IMG/VR virus record: IMGVR_UViG_3300012942_000096
Span: 1-34,278 of that record
Source: a virus
Lineage: Duplodnaviria > Caudoviricetes
Length of the DNA stretch: 34,278 nt
Direction: 5' to 3' (one strand)
The position numbers were made by a program, and so were the translations under genes. Positions 9,002 through 18,753 of the stretch are shown piece by piece; position 1 is the stretch's first letter; each line of letters opens with the position of its first letter. The notes beneath the pieces are model-generated. The model was not told where the DNA came from and did no database searches. It was given only the letters and a program-made list of their open reading frames with translations.

Positions 9002-9049
9002 AAAAAAGCAGTCCAAAACAGTTACAATTTCAAATTGGAGTCTCCGACC

Positions 9050-9784
9050 ATGGCAAAATGGTTCGTTCGCGCTGAGCGCGGAAACGCAACTCACGACCAA
9101 CAGTGTTTCGATCAGCGAGAAACTGTTATCAAAATAGGTGGTATTGAAAAACGCCTACCTTTTAAACCGGCATGGGAAGTTGCTGCCGGTGTCAAAAAGT
9201 CCCTTATCGCTCACGGTTGGAGCAACGTTCGCGTTGTGCGAGTCGATCCGGCTCCATCATGCATGACAATAACCAAAACCATCGAGCTTGAACGGGACCG
9301 CGCATTGATGCGGATCACCGTCGAACTGCGCGAGGGGCACCCCACACTGTCGGACGGTTTTTCTGTGACGGCAGACCTATACGAGCCGCGCAAAACGCAA
9401 ACCGGACGGCAGCGGTACGAAATAGGGCGCGATATCGACGCGGGTGGCGCGATGCACGAGAAGATACTGCGATGGGCACCGGAACTAGCGCCGCTCGTGG
9501 CAGTACACCTTGCCGACCCTGATGGCACGCCAATGCACGCGGTTGCGAACGGGTGGTATTTCTACAGCGGCAAAGCGCGGGAGTGGGAAGAGGCACGTAA
9601 CGAGTCCTGGCACAACCGAGAGGGCCTGACCGACCACGAGCGTGCAGCGCGCGCGTTGCATATTCCCCCGGCCGATCTACCCGAGGGGATGGATAAAGAA
9701 CAGTTTGAGGCATTTGCCGAATCGTTGAGGACACGCTGGGCAGAGCAGGCCAGGGCTGCACGCGAGCTGTTAGAAATGCTCTGA
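9050..9784 (+). CDS. Hypothetical protein, probable chimera
   Basis: GGAGTC SD; marked GC increase after about 9290. Confidence 0.75.
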   Translation: MAKWFVRAERGNATHDQQCFDQRETVIKIGGIEKRLPFKPAWEVAAGVKKSLIAHGWSNVRVVRVDPAPSCMTITKTIELERDRALMRITVELREGHPTLSDGFSVTADLYEPRKTQTGRQRYEIGRDIDAGGAMHEKILRWAPELAPLVAVHLADPDGTPMHAVANGWYFYSGKAREWEEARNESWHNREGLTDHERAARALHIPPADLPEGMDKEQFEAFAESLRTRWAEQARAARELLEML

Positions 9785-9787
9785 AGG

Positions 9788-9946
9788 ATGACGCATGAAG
9801 AACAGTATCAAAACTGGCTTCGATCCCAAGAGCTAAAGGGTCGCAGACCTTTGCTCGAAGGTGAAATTAAACCAATTCATAATGATTGCACCTGTATTTA
9901 TAATGACCCAGATTGCATAGTTCATGGGAGCGGTCGTGCCCATTGA
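9788..9946 (+). CDS. Small CxC..CxxH protein (52 aa)
   Basis: Read manually: MTHEEQYQNW...CTCIYNDPDCIVH. Confidence 0.55.
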   Translation: MTHEEQYQNWLRSQELKGRRPLLEGEIKPIHNDCTCIYNDPDCIVHGSGRAH

Positions 9947-10160
9947 GTCAACGACAATTAATACATTTACTTGTTCAATTGTCGATTGTGAAATGACCAA
10001 AAATATAGCCGGAACATTAGAGCAAGCTTTTGACGAAGCTAAAAGTTTGGGGTGGGCATTAGAAGAAGCTATATTTAATAAGGTTTATGATTTTTGTCCA
10101 GAACATGCAAAAGAGCTTAAGCTATGGCTGAGTGGCGATGATTTTAAGGATAATGAATGA
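9936..10160 (+). CDS. Small putative Zn-binding protein
   Basis: CSIVDC...GW...DFCPEH; GGAG before GTG 9936. Confidence 0.7.
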   Translation: MPIESTTINTFTCSIVDCEMTKNIAGTLEQAFDEAKSLGWALEEAIFNKVYDFCPEHAKELKLWLSGDDFKDNE

Positions 10161-11368
10161 TTGAACTTCCATTGTTGCGTAACTCTGAACGCGCATGTTT
10201 TAAGCAATGCCAGGCCAAATGGAATTGGGCGTGGAACCGAGGGCTCACCCTGAAAATGGGCGTAAAAAGCGCGGCCTGGTTTGGCTCAGGAGTGCATTTG
10301 GCCCTTGCTGAGTGGTATACCCCACCTGGCGGGACTAATGGTTTTGCTCGCGGTCGCGATCCAAGAGAAACTTTAGACGAATACTTTAAAAATGAGTTTA
10401 CGACTATTTCGGCTGGTCCCTATTTTGATGAAGTAGCCGAAAAAGAATATTGGGACGCAGCAGAACTAGGCCAAATCATGATGACTGCCTATTTGGCAGA
10501 ATATGGCACAGATGATTCTTGGGAAGTTCTAATGCCTGAGACTCGTTTTGCTATGAAAATAGCTTTCAATAAAAAACAAATTGAGCGCCACGCTCCATAT
10601 GCATTATTTGGTAATGAAAGTGCTTTCATTACGAAAATGGTCGGTACGTTTGATATGCCAATTCGCGATCATACAGACGGGCACGTAAAAGTTGTTGACC
10701 ACAAGACAACCAATAAAAAAGAAAATCCGGTTTGGCTTCAATTTGATGACCAGACAGGTACATATATTGCTGTTTCAACTGCAATGCTACGAAAGCTTGG
10801 TTTTATCTCCGACAAAGAGGAAGTTGTTGGAGCGATTTGGAATTATCTACGCAAGGGTAAGCCTGACAGTCGTCCTCGTGATGCTCTTGGGCGTTGCTGC
10901 AATAAGCCTACTAAAAATCATTATTTGGATCAGTTGTTATCAAAACTTATGGGTTATGATGAATACACCCTTAAGAAGATGAAGGTAGACGAACTTGAGT
11001 CGCTTGCAGAAAAGCATGGAATTGATGTATTCGGAGATGTCTCCGCAAATCAACCGAGCCCATTGTTTTGGAGAATTGATTTGCGACGCAATAAAGCCAA
11101 TCGGTTACGTCAGCTTTCACGCATTGCCGATGACGCTGAACTCATTAATTTGGCTAAAGCGGGCGTTATTCCCATTACCAAAAACCCCGACGAACACTGC
11201 GCCTGGTGTGAATTTAAAGAACTATGCGCTGTAGACGAGGATGGCGGGGATACTGAACAATTCATTAAAGATGTTTTTAAAGTACAGGATATGTATGCAG
11301 ATCATCGCCCTAATGCGATAAACTCAAAATCAAGCGTTAAATCTCAAAAAGAAACCGGGGTAAAATAA
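10157..11368 (+). CDS. Cas4/RecB-like PD-(D/E)XK exonuclease
   Basis: SER..FKQC, FGSGVH, GTFD...VVDHKT, CAWCEFKELC (4-Cys cluster). Confidence 0.9.
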   Translation: MIELPLLRNSERACFKQCQAKWNWAWNRGLTLKMGVKSAAWFGSGVHLALAEWYTPPGGTNGFARGRDPRETLDEYFKNEFTTISAGPYFDEVAEKEYWDAAELGQIMMTAYLAEYGTDDSWEVLMPETRFAMKIAFNKKQIERHAPYALFGNESAFITKMVGTFDMPIRDHTDGHVKVVDHKTTNKKENPVWLQFDDQTGTYIAVSTAMLRKLGFISDKEEVVGAIWNYLRKGKPDSRPRDALGRCCNKPTKNHYLDQLLSKLMGYDEYTLKKMKVDELESLAEKHGIDVFGDVSANQPSPLFWRIDLRRNKANRLRQLSRIADDAELINLAKAGVIPITKNPDEHCAWCEFKELCAVDEDGGDTEQFIKDVFKVQDMYADHRPNAINSKSSVKSQKETGVK

Positions 11369-11369
11369 A

Positions 11370-11561
11370 ATGGGAAATGGTCCTGGCCTTAGCAAAAGCG
11401 TTAGCGGTGCTTTGCGTAATGCATCGAAAAGGTTCTATCTTAACCGTATCGCTCGCGAAGCGCAGGATCACGGATATACTGTAATTCATGGCACTGACCA
11501 TTCAAAAGACAAACCACTTCATTATGTAACGATTGGTTATCACGAAGAAAAAGAAGATTGA
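11370..11561 (+). CDS. Hypothetical protein
   Basis: 63 aa, packed in the operon. Confidence 0.65.
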   Translation: MGNGPGLSKSVSGALRNASKRFYLNRIAREAQDHGYTVIHGTDHSKDKPLHYVTIGYHEEKED

Positions 11562-11728
11562 GCCCACCTAAACCGAATCCACAAAAAGTACTATGGTGCC
11601 CATTTTGCGATTGGCATATGCACGATAGCTACCCCACTAGGAGGCGATTACTGGTTCATATGCTCGTGAAACACTATAGCGAATTAGCTTTTTGGGCAGG
11701 TACTATGCCGCCAGACTTAAAGGATTAA
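11558..11728 (+). CDS. Small C2H2-like zinc-finger protein (56 aa)
   Basis: Read manually from a TTGA overlap: CPFC-x16-HMLVKH. Confidence 0.6.
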   Translation: MSPPKPNPQKVLWCPFCDWHMHDSYPTRRRLLVHMLVKHYSELAFWAGTMPPDLKD

Positions 11729-11730
11729 AA

Positions 11731-12003
11731 ATGGCACCAACTTCTGTACTATTTATTGATATTCAAGAAACCAGCTCGAATACAATTTTCAAGCGCGCCC
11801 GTAAGCAACCTTTCTATTGGGTCGCGAAAAATAGCGGCAATGGGCGAGTCATGGCGATCAGTTCTGAGCGTTATACCAATAGACAAGACTGTGTTGATGC
11901 TGCTAGGCTGATCTTTGGGTCGGAGGTCAACGTTTACCTTCGCCAGGAAAACCAACCGAACCAACTGCTCCGTTACGCAACAAACGACCAACCGACTCAA
12001 TAA
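11731..12003 (+). CDS. YegP/DUF1508-like protein
   Basis: FYWVAKNSGNGRVMAISSERYTNRQDC pattern; SD AAGGA. Confidence 0.7.
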   Translation: MAPTSVLFIDIQETSSNTIFKRARKQPFYWVAKNSGNGRVMAISSERYTNRQDCVDAARLIFGSEVNVYLRQENQPNQLLRYATNDQPTQ

Positions 12004-12042
12004 AATATATCTTTAAAACCAGCCGACACTAAAACGAAAGAG

Positions 12043-13014
12043 TTGAATACACTCATGGTTGAAATTACGTCAGTTAAAGCTGACCTCCCGGCGTTGAATG
12101 TTCTGATTTACGCCGATTCCGGAGCCGGTAAAACGGTTTTCGCTGGTAGTGCCAGAAGGGTTCTATTCGTTGCTCCCGAAGATTCGGGTTTGCTTTCTGC
12201 GGCAATGATGGGAACTACAGCAGATAAAATCAAGGTGTCTTCATGGCAGGATTTTGTTGACGCTTATGAATACTGCTATGACAATCGGTTTGAATTGCAA
12301 GAAAAATATGACTGGATTGTTATTGACTCCGCAACTGAGATGCAGGGTTTGTGTCTTCGAGGAATTATTGAAGAAGAACGCCAAAAGCGTGTTTCTAAGG
12401 ATCAAGACCCCGATGTTCCCCAGATTCAGGATTACCAGAAGCTTTATATCCTGATGGAAAAGATGGTGTTGGCATTCAATGATTTGCCAATCAACACCCT
12501 TTACACTGCTCTGACGCGAAACGCAGAAGATGCAGACGGTGAAGAATTCCTTTTGCCGATGCTTGGTTCAAACAAGCCGACCGATTACCGAATTGCAATG
12601 AAGATTGCGGCTCACATGACCAGCTATGGTCATTTCAAGGTCGAAGTTGTTTCCAAGCCCGTCGATCCCGCCAAGCCAGACGGCGAAAAGAAAAAGGTAA
12701 AGCAGCGTGTTATCTATTTTGAAGATACTGGCGTTTTTCGCGGTAAGGATCGTACGACCCGGCTTGCGCCGAAGGTGGTTTTGCCGAGCAAGATGGCATT
12801 GCAGCGCGTTACCGATATCGCTCAGGGTTTGTGCGACAAGGACGGCAAGCCAATCGGCCAGCCTGCCAAAAAGACACCGGCCAAAAAGACACCGGCTAAG
12901 GCTGCGCCAAAGCAAGAGGCCAAACCACTGCCGCAAAGCACCACAGAAAACGTTGGGCAGGATGCACCTGTAAACGGAGAGGAATCACTTGAACTAAGTT
13001 CTGTCGAGGCATAA
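12043..13014 (+). CDS. AAA_24 / Sak4-like recombination ATPase
   Basis: LIYADSGAGKT, WIVIDS; PAKK-repeat tail; lies between the exonuclease and SSB-like genes. Confidence 0.85.
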   Translation: MNTLMVEITSVKADLPALNVLIYADSGAGKTVFAGSARRVLFVAPEDSGLLSAAMMGTTADKIKVSSWQDFVDAYEYCYDNRFELQEKYDWIVIDSATEMQGLCLRGIIEEERQKRVSKDQDPDVPQIQDYQKLYILMEKMVLAFNDLPINTLYTALTRNAEDADGEEFLLPMLGSNKPTDYRIAMKIAAHMTSYGHFKVEVVSKPVDPAKPDGEKKKVKQRVIYFEDTGVFRGKDRTTRLAPKVVLPSKMALQRVTDIAQGLCDKDGKPIGQPAKKTPAKKTPAKAAPKQEAKPLPQSTTENVGQDAPVNGEESLELSSVEA

Positions 13015-13053
13015 TAAAAAACAAGATCATAACCAAGAGAAAAGAGTCATAAA

Positions 13054-13716
13054 ATGCCGAAGTTCAATCTCAACATTAACGGTGTTGATGTCGAAGCTGC
13101 CGAAGGTCGCGAGGAATGGAAGGGTCCGCTTCCGCCGAAGGGTTCGTATCCGGCCAAGCTGCGCCTTGTTCAGGTCAAGCAAATCAGCGGCAAGACCGAT
13201 AATCGACTTTCGATTATGGCTGTGGTCAATACCAAGGGCGATCCCGAACGCGAACAGTATGACGGTTGCCCTTGCTGGGGCGGCGTCAATCTGACCGAAC
13301 AGGGAATTCCCTACATTAACCAGTTCTTGCAGTCAATCTCTAAGGATGAGGCTGACTACGAGAAGACCAAGAAAGCGTTCTATTCTGGATTCGTTACCGA
13401 TGAAAAGAAGACAAACGTTACGAAGATCGGAACCAAGAAGATCAATTCGCCCGAAGGTGAACTTGATATTCTGATTTCGCTTGGACATAACACCTGGAAT
13501 GGAAAGACGACAGCCAAGATTGCGTCATTCCTTGCGCCAGGAACTTCGCTCGACGGTGACGACGACGGTGACGACGCGGAAGAAGAAGTCGTTGAAGAAG
13601 ATGAAGACGACACCGACGTTGACGAGGACGAAGACGAGGACGCTGACGAGGACGAAGACGCAGCAGACGAAGGCGTTTTCGATGATGAAGAAGAAAACGC
13701 AAACGCAAACGCCTAA
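13054..13716 (+). CDS. Putative single-stranded DNA-binding protein
   Basis: LPPKGSYPAKL N-terminal motif, very acidic C-terminal tail, position after the Sak4-like gene. Confidence 0.65.
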   Translation: MPKFNLNINGVDVEAAEGREEWKGPLPPKGSYPAKLRLVQVKQISGKTDNRLSIMAVVNTKGDPEREQYDGCPCWGGVNLTEQGIPYINQFLQSISKDEADYEKTKKAFYSGFVTDEKKTNVTKIGTKKINSPEGELDILISLGHNTWNGKTTAKIASFLAPGTSLDGDDDGDDAEEEVVEEDEDDTDVDEDEDEDADEDEDAADEGVFDDEEENANANA

Positions 13717-13726
13717 AAAGATGTAA

Positions 13727-13798
13727 TGCGGGTCTAGAACTGAGTTAGCAGGCCGCAACAGAACGGTGGTACAGCCCTAACTGGCCCAGGCCACCACC
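13727..13798 (+). ncRNA. Candidate two-hairpin / pseudoknot RNA (RNA-3)
   Basis: TGCGG/CCGCA and GGTGGT/ACCACC stems; the loops carry complementary AGTTAG and CTAACT. Confidence 0.35.
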
Positions 13799-13801
13799 TT
13801 A

Positions 13802-13885
13802 GCTCTCGTGGCGGAATCGGCATACGCGATCGGCTTAAAACCGATTAGTTGAAAAACTATGTGAGTTCAAGTCTCACCGAGAGCA
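13802..13885 (+). tRNA. tRNA-Leu(UAA)
   Basis: Acceptor GCTCTCG/CGAGAGC-A, anticodon arm ATCGG-CTTAAAA-CCGAT, long variable arm, T arm GTGAG-TTCAAGT-CTCAC; CCA not encoded. Confidence 0.95.
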
Positions 13886-13921
13886 CGTCTTAATAAAAAG
13901 AAACCGACAACAGGAGTCGCC

Positions 13922-14065
13922 GTGACAGTTGCCATTGTAGTTCTTCTCAGTTTGAGTCTATTTGTTAATTTTCTGCAAGTTAGTCAACTTGCCGATATCA
14001 GGACGCACATTATCAAAATGAGCGTAACGACGATTCCTCATATTCCGAGCAATGGCAGAAACTAA
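13922..14065 (+). CDS. Small membrane protein (47 aa)
   Basis: Read manually: AGGAGTCG then GTG; MTVAIVVLLSLSLFVNF. Confidence 0.6.
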   Translation: MTVAIVVLLSLSLFVNFLQVSQLADIRTHIIKMSVTTIPHIPSNGRN

Positions 14066-14267
14066 GCTATTTCTCGTTACTAAAGAAGACACGATAGTAC
14101 AGGTAAGCACCTACCTTGTTCGCGCTTATGATGAAGAAATGGCAAGATCGTTTGTTGACTCTGGCATGTTCATTGAAGAAAGCGCTCCTACAACATTAGA
14201 AACCCTAGAATCACATACGCGAAGCGTAGAAGAAATTACACCGGAAGGTAACGGTCAGCAACGATGA
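14052..14267 (+). CDS. Hypothetical protein
   Basis: 71 aa, coupled to neighbours. Confidence 0.7.
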   Translation: MAETKLFLVTKEDTIVQVSTYLVRAYDEEMARSFVDSGMFIEESAPTTLETLESHTRSVEEITPEGNGQQR

Positions 14268-14608
14268 AAGCTGAAAAAGGTAAAGAACTCCCCGCATTTG
14301 ATCTGACAAAAATTGATGAAAAAGCCGCGCAGGCTGACAACAAGATCATTACCAAAGTCTTTACCGTTACTGGTGCCGAATACGATATCATTCCGGGTTC
14401 GTTCAAGTTCAAAATCAGTGTCGGGGATCGTCCCCAACATTTCGTCCAGTTTAAAGCTGTGATGCCCCATGTTCTTAAAGAAACCATTGGCGCTAATGCA
14501 AGAGATAATGTGCGCAATATTGCTCTTAAGCTTCACACCATGGAATTCTTTCCTGCCCACATTGCCGGTGTCGCTTACCTGGCCGACGACGCGGAAGACG
14601 ACCAGTGA
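14264..14608 (+). CDS. Hypothetical protein
   Basis: 114 aa, ATGA overlap. Confidence 0.75.
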   Translation: MKAEKGKELPAFDLTKIDEKAAQADNKIITKVFTVTGAEYDIIPGSFKFKISVGDRPQHFVQFKAVMPHVLKETIGANARDNVRNIALKLHTMEFFPAHIAGVAYLADDAEDDQ

Positions 14609-14943
14609 CCAGTATTGATGGCATGATTGACCGTGAGGGAGTCGCGTATCTGGGTCGCATTGCCAAAGCCCTAGAGCGCCAGGCAGACGTGATGGAGCGC
14701 GACGTACCCGAAGAACCGGAAGACGCAGTAATCACTCCGGTTGAAATTTCAGTAACTAAAATGGTTGCGGAAAGATGGCAGAATCACGTTAATCACTTGG
14801 GAATGCAACTTGAAGATATAGTTGTATCTTATCCCCCAACAAGCGAAGGTCGTATTAAGGCAACACGTTCGTTAATTAATAAGATGAAGCAATTTACCCT
14901 TGATGTTGACGACGAGGGAACCATCACCGATAGACAATCTTGA
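14605..14943 (+). CDS. Hypothetical protein
   Basis: 112 aa, GTGA overlap. Confidence 0.75.
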   Translation: MTSIDGMIDREGVAYLGRIAKALERQADVMERDVPEEPEDAVITPVEISVTKMVAERWQNHVNHLGMQLEDIVVSYPPTSEGRIKATRSLINKMKQFTLDVDDEGTITDRQS

Positions 14944-14966
14944 TTTAAGTACCAACGGAGTAGCTT

Positions 14967-15350
14967 GTGCCTAAAAAGCTTATCATTCTAGAACACACTA
15001 ATGGTCACGTCGAAGAAATGCAGGATCACACCGACTGGTTTGTAGAGCAATTTGGTGAAACCGGCGCGGTAGGATATTACGACACAATAGTTAACCGAGC
15101 AATCACGCTCGCTGGCGGGATTAAGAAGATCAAGCGTCTTGCCCGCTGGAACGGAAATCTAATTACGCAAGACTTCGTGCTGTATGGATATAATATGCTT
15201 ACTTTAAAGCGAGAAGTTAAGCATATTGGTCCCGACAAGCTTGCCGAAGTTATTTGTGAATTTGTCAAAGAATTCATTGGTTTCAAACCCAGCGACGATC
15301 TTTGTGAATTATTTGGTAAAGCTGTTTACGGCGAAATGGTGGAAACATGA
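14967..15350 (+). CDS. Hypothetical protein
   Basis: 127 aa; SD GGAG. Confidence 0.75.
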   Translation: MPKKLIILEHTNGHVEEMQDHTDWFVEQFGETGAVGYYDTIVNRAITLAGGIKKIKRLARWNGNLITQDFVLYGYNMLTLKREVKHIGPDKLAEVICEFVKEFIGFKPSDDLCELFGKAVYGEMVET

Positions 15351-15363
15351 TTTGGGTGGTTAA

Positions 15364-18300
15364 ATGACACCAAAAATGCAATGGGTTTCATTTCATACCC
15401 ATACTACGCACTCTCACGCAGATGGGTTTGAATCACCAAAAATTCATATTCATCGAGTTGGCCCTGAGCTAGGGATGAGCGCGTGGTGTGTTACCGAGCA
15501 TGGTAATCCAAATTCGTGGCCCGAGGGTGAGCGCGAGTGTAAAGAAGTAGGCATTAAATTCATTCCTGGTGTTGAAGCCTATTTCGCCCCACCAGGACAA
15601 AAAAGAAAATTCCATATTACGCTTATTGCGATGGATGAAGAAGGCTTAAGGAATCTTAATGCCATTATCACACAAAGCTGGCTTGATTTTTACCAGTGGC
15701 CTACCGTCACTTGGGAAAACCTCAAGAAACACAGTAGAGGTATTGCTGCTACTTCTGGTTGTGCCGACAGCCTCATCTCGTGTTCGTTACTTGGTGGAAA
15801 ATCACTTGGCCCCAAAAGAGAAACTTATACCGAACAAGAATACCTTAAGACTCGTCGGAAAGTACAACGATTTTTGGATGTATTTGAAGACAGGTTCTAC
15901 CTTGAGGTTCAGCGATTTTCTGGCCTGCCTCGTACTCGCGTACTTAATCCGGCATTTTCCAGAATTGGAAAAGAATTGGGCGTACCCCTTCTTGCGACAG
16001 CTGACGTTCATTACCCTTACCCACACCAAAACAAAATGCAGCAAGTACTACATGCGGCTAAGCGTAAATCGACTGTTGCCGTCGCCGAAGCGGAGTGGGA
16101 ATACGACATACTCTTAACTTATCCAGAAAGTGATGAAGAAATTGAACAAGACCTTATGGGAACTGGATTATCGGTTGATGAGTCGAAACAGGCTGTACTC
16201 GAAACTGCGGCTCTGGCTAGTCGATGTGAAGTGGAGCTTCCTAAAGCTAGGCCGCTCCGATTCGCTATACCCGATGCGCCTAAAGCGATCATTTGTGAAC
16301 AAAAAGGGAAGAAAGCATCTCAAAAAGATTTAGATACGGTCGCCTCATTTGGGTCCGTACTGTACTTTAAGAAAGCGATTAAAGATGGCCTTGCGTACCG
16401 AATTCAGCAACGTCCTGAAATCCAAGATCGTATCAAAGAGTATAAACAAAGGATTAACCAAGAATTTAAAGTCATTGCTGATAAAGACTTTTCTGATTAC
16501 TTTCTCGTTCTCAATCATCTTATCTCTCGTGCTAAGGATCGGGGCACTGCTGTGGGCTGGGCGCGCGGTTCTGCTGCCGCTAGCCTTATTGCTTATTGCC
16601 TTCGTATAACCGAAATTGACCCTCTCCATCCTGCCTTTGACAAGATGGTATTTGAAAGATTTATTGACCCCACTAGATCGGATATGCCCGATGTCGATTT
16701 GGACTTTGACCCAGCGCACCGCAGGGAAATTGTTGCAGACGCAATCAGTATTTACGGTCAGCAAAACGTTGCAAATGTGGGGAACCACCAAAAGTTTAGA
16801 GGTAAATCTGCCCTACAAGGAGTCGCTCGCGCTTACGGTTTATCACAGAAAACCTTCGATGCGATTGGAAAGAGATGCACTGTTCGTACCGAAACGGACG
16901 ATAGAGTTGACGATTCAATCCTTGATGCGATTGAAGCGTATTCTGATAACCCTGAAATCGCCGAATTACTTGATACACATTTGGATAAAATTAAACAAGC
17001 CATCGACCTTGAAGGACAGCAATCCCTCTTAGGAATCCACGCTGGCGGGTTCGTGATTGCCTCCGATCCGATCCCTGATGTATGCCCCATTCTTACTCGT
17101 GAAAAAGGATCGGGACGAAAGAAAGAATTCGTTCAGGTAATTCCTTATGACAAACGTGATGCAGAGTATTTGGGTATGCTCAAGATGGATTTTCTTGGGC
17201 TTACTACTATGGGTGTATTTGGTAAGCTTATTGAGTGGGGCGTTATTACCCTTGAAGAAATGTATTCACTTTTCTACAAGCAGTATGCAGATTGGCAGAA
17301 GGTAGAAGAGCGTTTAAAAATATCTAAACGAAAGACTTTTACAGGATGCGAATACAAATTCATTCTACAGCGCTTTTGCGCAGATGATGTAGTTGGTATT
17401 TTCCAATATGAGGGCGGCGCACAGCGCCAGGTCTGCAAGAAACTCAAACCAGAAACCTTCGATCAGCTTGCCGCAATCAACGCGCTGAGCCGTCCAGGGC
17501 CTCTCTACGGTCGTGGAGCCGATGGTATGACCCAGACCGATGCCTATATTGCCATCAAAAATGGCGAAATGGACTGGGAACGTATTCACCCCAATTTCGA
17601 CAAACATGTGGAGTGGACCTATGGACAAATTGTCTACCAAGAACAAATTATGTTCATACTTCGAGACCTTGCAGGCTTTGATGTATCCGAAGTACTTCGT
17701 ATTAGAAAAATTATCGGTAAAAAACTGGGAGAACACCAGTTTGAGGCAATATGGGAATCTTTTCGTACTGGATGCGAACGTACAAGTGGAATATCAGAAG
17801 AATCTGCCAAAGCGATATTCAGTGCCATTAGGACTGCTGCGGGCTATGCATTCAATATCCCCCACGCTTACAGCTACACTATTATTGCATGGACCCAAAT
17901 GTGGGTCAAAATGCGTTACCCTTTGGAATTCTATGCGGCAACGCTTAACCGTAATGGAGATGATAAAGAAGCAATTAAGCGCAGGACTGCCCTTCTTCAA
18001 GATGCTCTAAAGAAGGGAATTAAAAGCGCCAAGTTTGATCCTAGCTATTGTCGAGAGAATTGGTACTACAGTTCTGTTCTTGATCTAGATTACCGGACTA
18101 AAGGCAAGCTCATCCCTGGTTTTCAGCAGATGCCGGGTATCGCAGAGGCGACCGCTTCTGATATTGTGAAGTGGAAGCATGAAAATTATTTAGATGGCCC
18201 GATGGATAGGATTACTTGGGATGACCTTTTGCGAGTTAAGGGAATCGGAAAAGTCACTATTGAAAAGCTTAAATCCATTTCCGCTTCGCCAGATCCTCTT

Positions 18301-18753
18301 GGTATTACGCGAACCTCGGATCAGCTTGAGTCGTTCCGAGAGCAGTTGGTTAGTGGAGAGTTTGACGATACCCCAATACCTAGCGCAGAAGAATTCGTCA
18401 CAAGTGACAGTGTGCCGCAAGAGGCTGATTACTGCGCATTTGTGGGCTTCGTTTCTGACTTCGTATTCAGGGATGAAGTGGAAACTATACGTAGTCGAAC
18501 AGGAAAATCTATTGAGCAGATTCGCTCTGAAATGGATGATCCTGAAAAAACTAAGAAATCCACACTCTTTGCATATGATGAATTCGGGGAAGTGGCTCTT
18601 AGAGTTTCCCGTTGGGTCTACCCAAATCTCGCTGCAAGAATTTCTTCTATCAAAAAAGATCACCACATTGTCGTAGCTTACGGTAGAACTTTCGACCGTG
18701 GTGGAAATGCGATTCAAGTAAGACAGATATGGATACTTGATCCAGATGAGTAA
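15364..18753 (+). CDS. dnaE: DNA polymerase III alpha subunit
   Basis: PHP HTHTTHS..DG, RGSAAASL, FERFIDP, MPDVDLDF, GIHAGG, KMDFLGL, YQEQ, GYAFN..H. Confidence 0.97.
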   Translation: MTPKMQWVSFHTHTTHSHADGFESPKIHIHRVGPELGMSAWCVTEHGNPNSWPEGERECKEVGIKFIPGVEAYFAPPGQKRKFHITLIAMDEEGLRNLNAIITQSWLDFYQWPTVTWENLKKHSRGIAATSGCADSLISCSLLGGKSLGPKRETYTEQEYLKTRRKVQRFLDVFEDRFYLEVQRFSGLPRTRVLNPAFSRIGKELGVPLLATADVHYPYPHQNKMQQVLHAAKRKSTVAVAEAEWEYDILLTYPESDEEIEQDLMGTGLSVDESKQAVLETAALASRCEVELPKARPLRFAIPDAPKAIICEQKGKKASQKDLDTVASFGSVLYFKKAIKDGLAYRIQQRPEIQDRIKEYKQRINQEFKVIADKDFSDYFLVLNHLISRAKDRGTAVGWARGSAAASLIAYCLRITEIDPLHPAFDKMVFERFIDPTRSDMPDVDLDFDPAHRREIVADAISIYGQQNVANVGNHQKFRGKSALQGVARAYGLSQKTFDAIGKRCTVRTETDDRVDDSILDAIEAYSDNPEIAELLDTHLDKIKQAIDLEGQQSLLGIHAGGFVIASDPIPDVCPILTREKGSGRKKEFVQVIPYDKRDAEYLGMLKMDFLGLTTMGVFGKLIEWGVITLEEMYSLFYKQYADWQKVEERLKISKRKTFTGCEYKFILQRFCADDVVGIFQYEGGAQRQVCKKLKPETFDQLAAINALSRPGPLYGRGADGMTQTDAYIAIKNGEMDWERIHPNFDKHVEWTYGQIVYQEQIMFILRDLAGFDVSEVLRIRKIIGKKLGEHQFEAIWESFRTGCERTSGISEESAKAIFSAIRTAAGYAFNIPHAYSYTIIAWTQMWVKMRYPLEFYAATLNRNGDDKEAIKRRTALLQDALKKGIKSAKFDPSYCRENWYYSSVLDLDYRTKGKLIPGFQQMPGIAEATASDIVKWKHENYLDGPMDRITWDDLLRVKGIGKVTIEKLKSISASPDPLGITRTSDQLESFREQLVSGEFDDTPIPSAEEFVTSDSVPQEADYCAFVGFVSDFVFRDEVETIRSRTGKSIEQIRSEMDDPEKTKKSTLFAYDEFGEVALRVSRWVYPNLAARISSIKKDHHIVVAYGRTFDRGGNAIQVRQIWILDPDE

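Noticed and set aside
10157-11368. CRISPR-Cas system suggested by the Cas4-like nuclease
   Set aside because: No repeat-spacer array or other cas genes; standalone Cas4-like exonucleases are normal in phage recombination modules
12865-13700. Short nucleotide repeats (GCCAAAAAGACACCG x2; GACGAGGACGAAGAC)
   Set aside because: Explained by PAKKT and acidic low-complexity protein tails
13727-13798. Pistol or theta ribozyme
   Set aside because: GCCCTAA pseudoknot resemblance only; lacks the pistol GCG and G-U cleavage junction, and lies 5' rather than 3' of the tRNA
15364-18753. Intein in DnaE (also considered for the helicase and primase)
   Set aside because: Lengths are ordinary and no C...HN-C/S/T splice junctions or LAGLIDADG motifs were noticed
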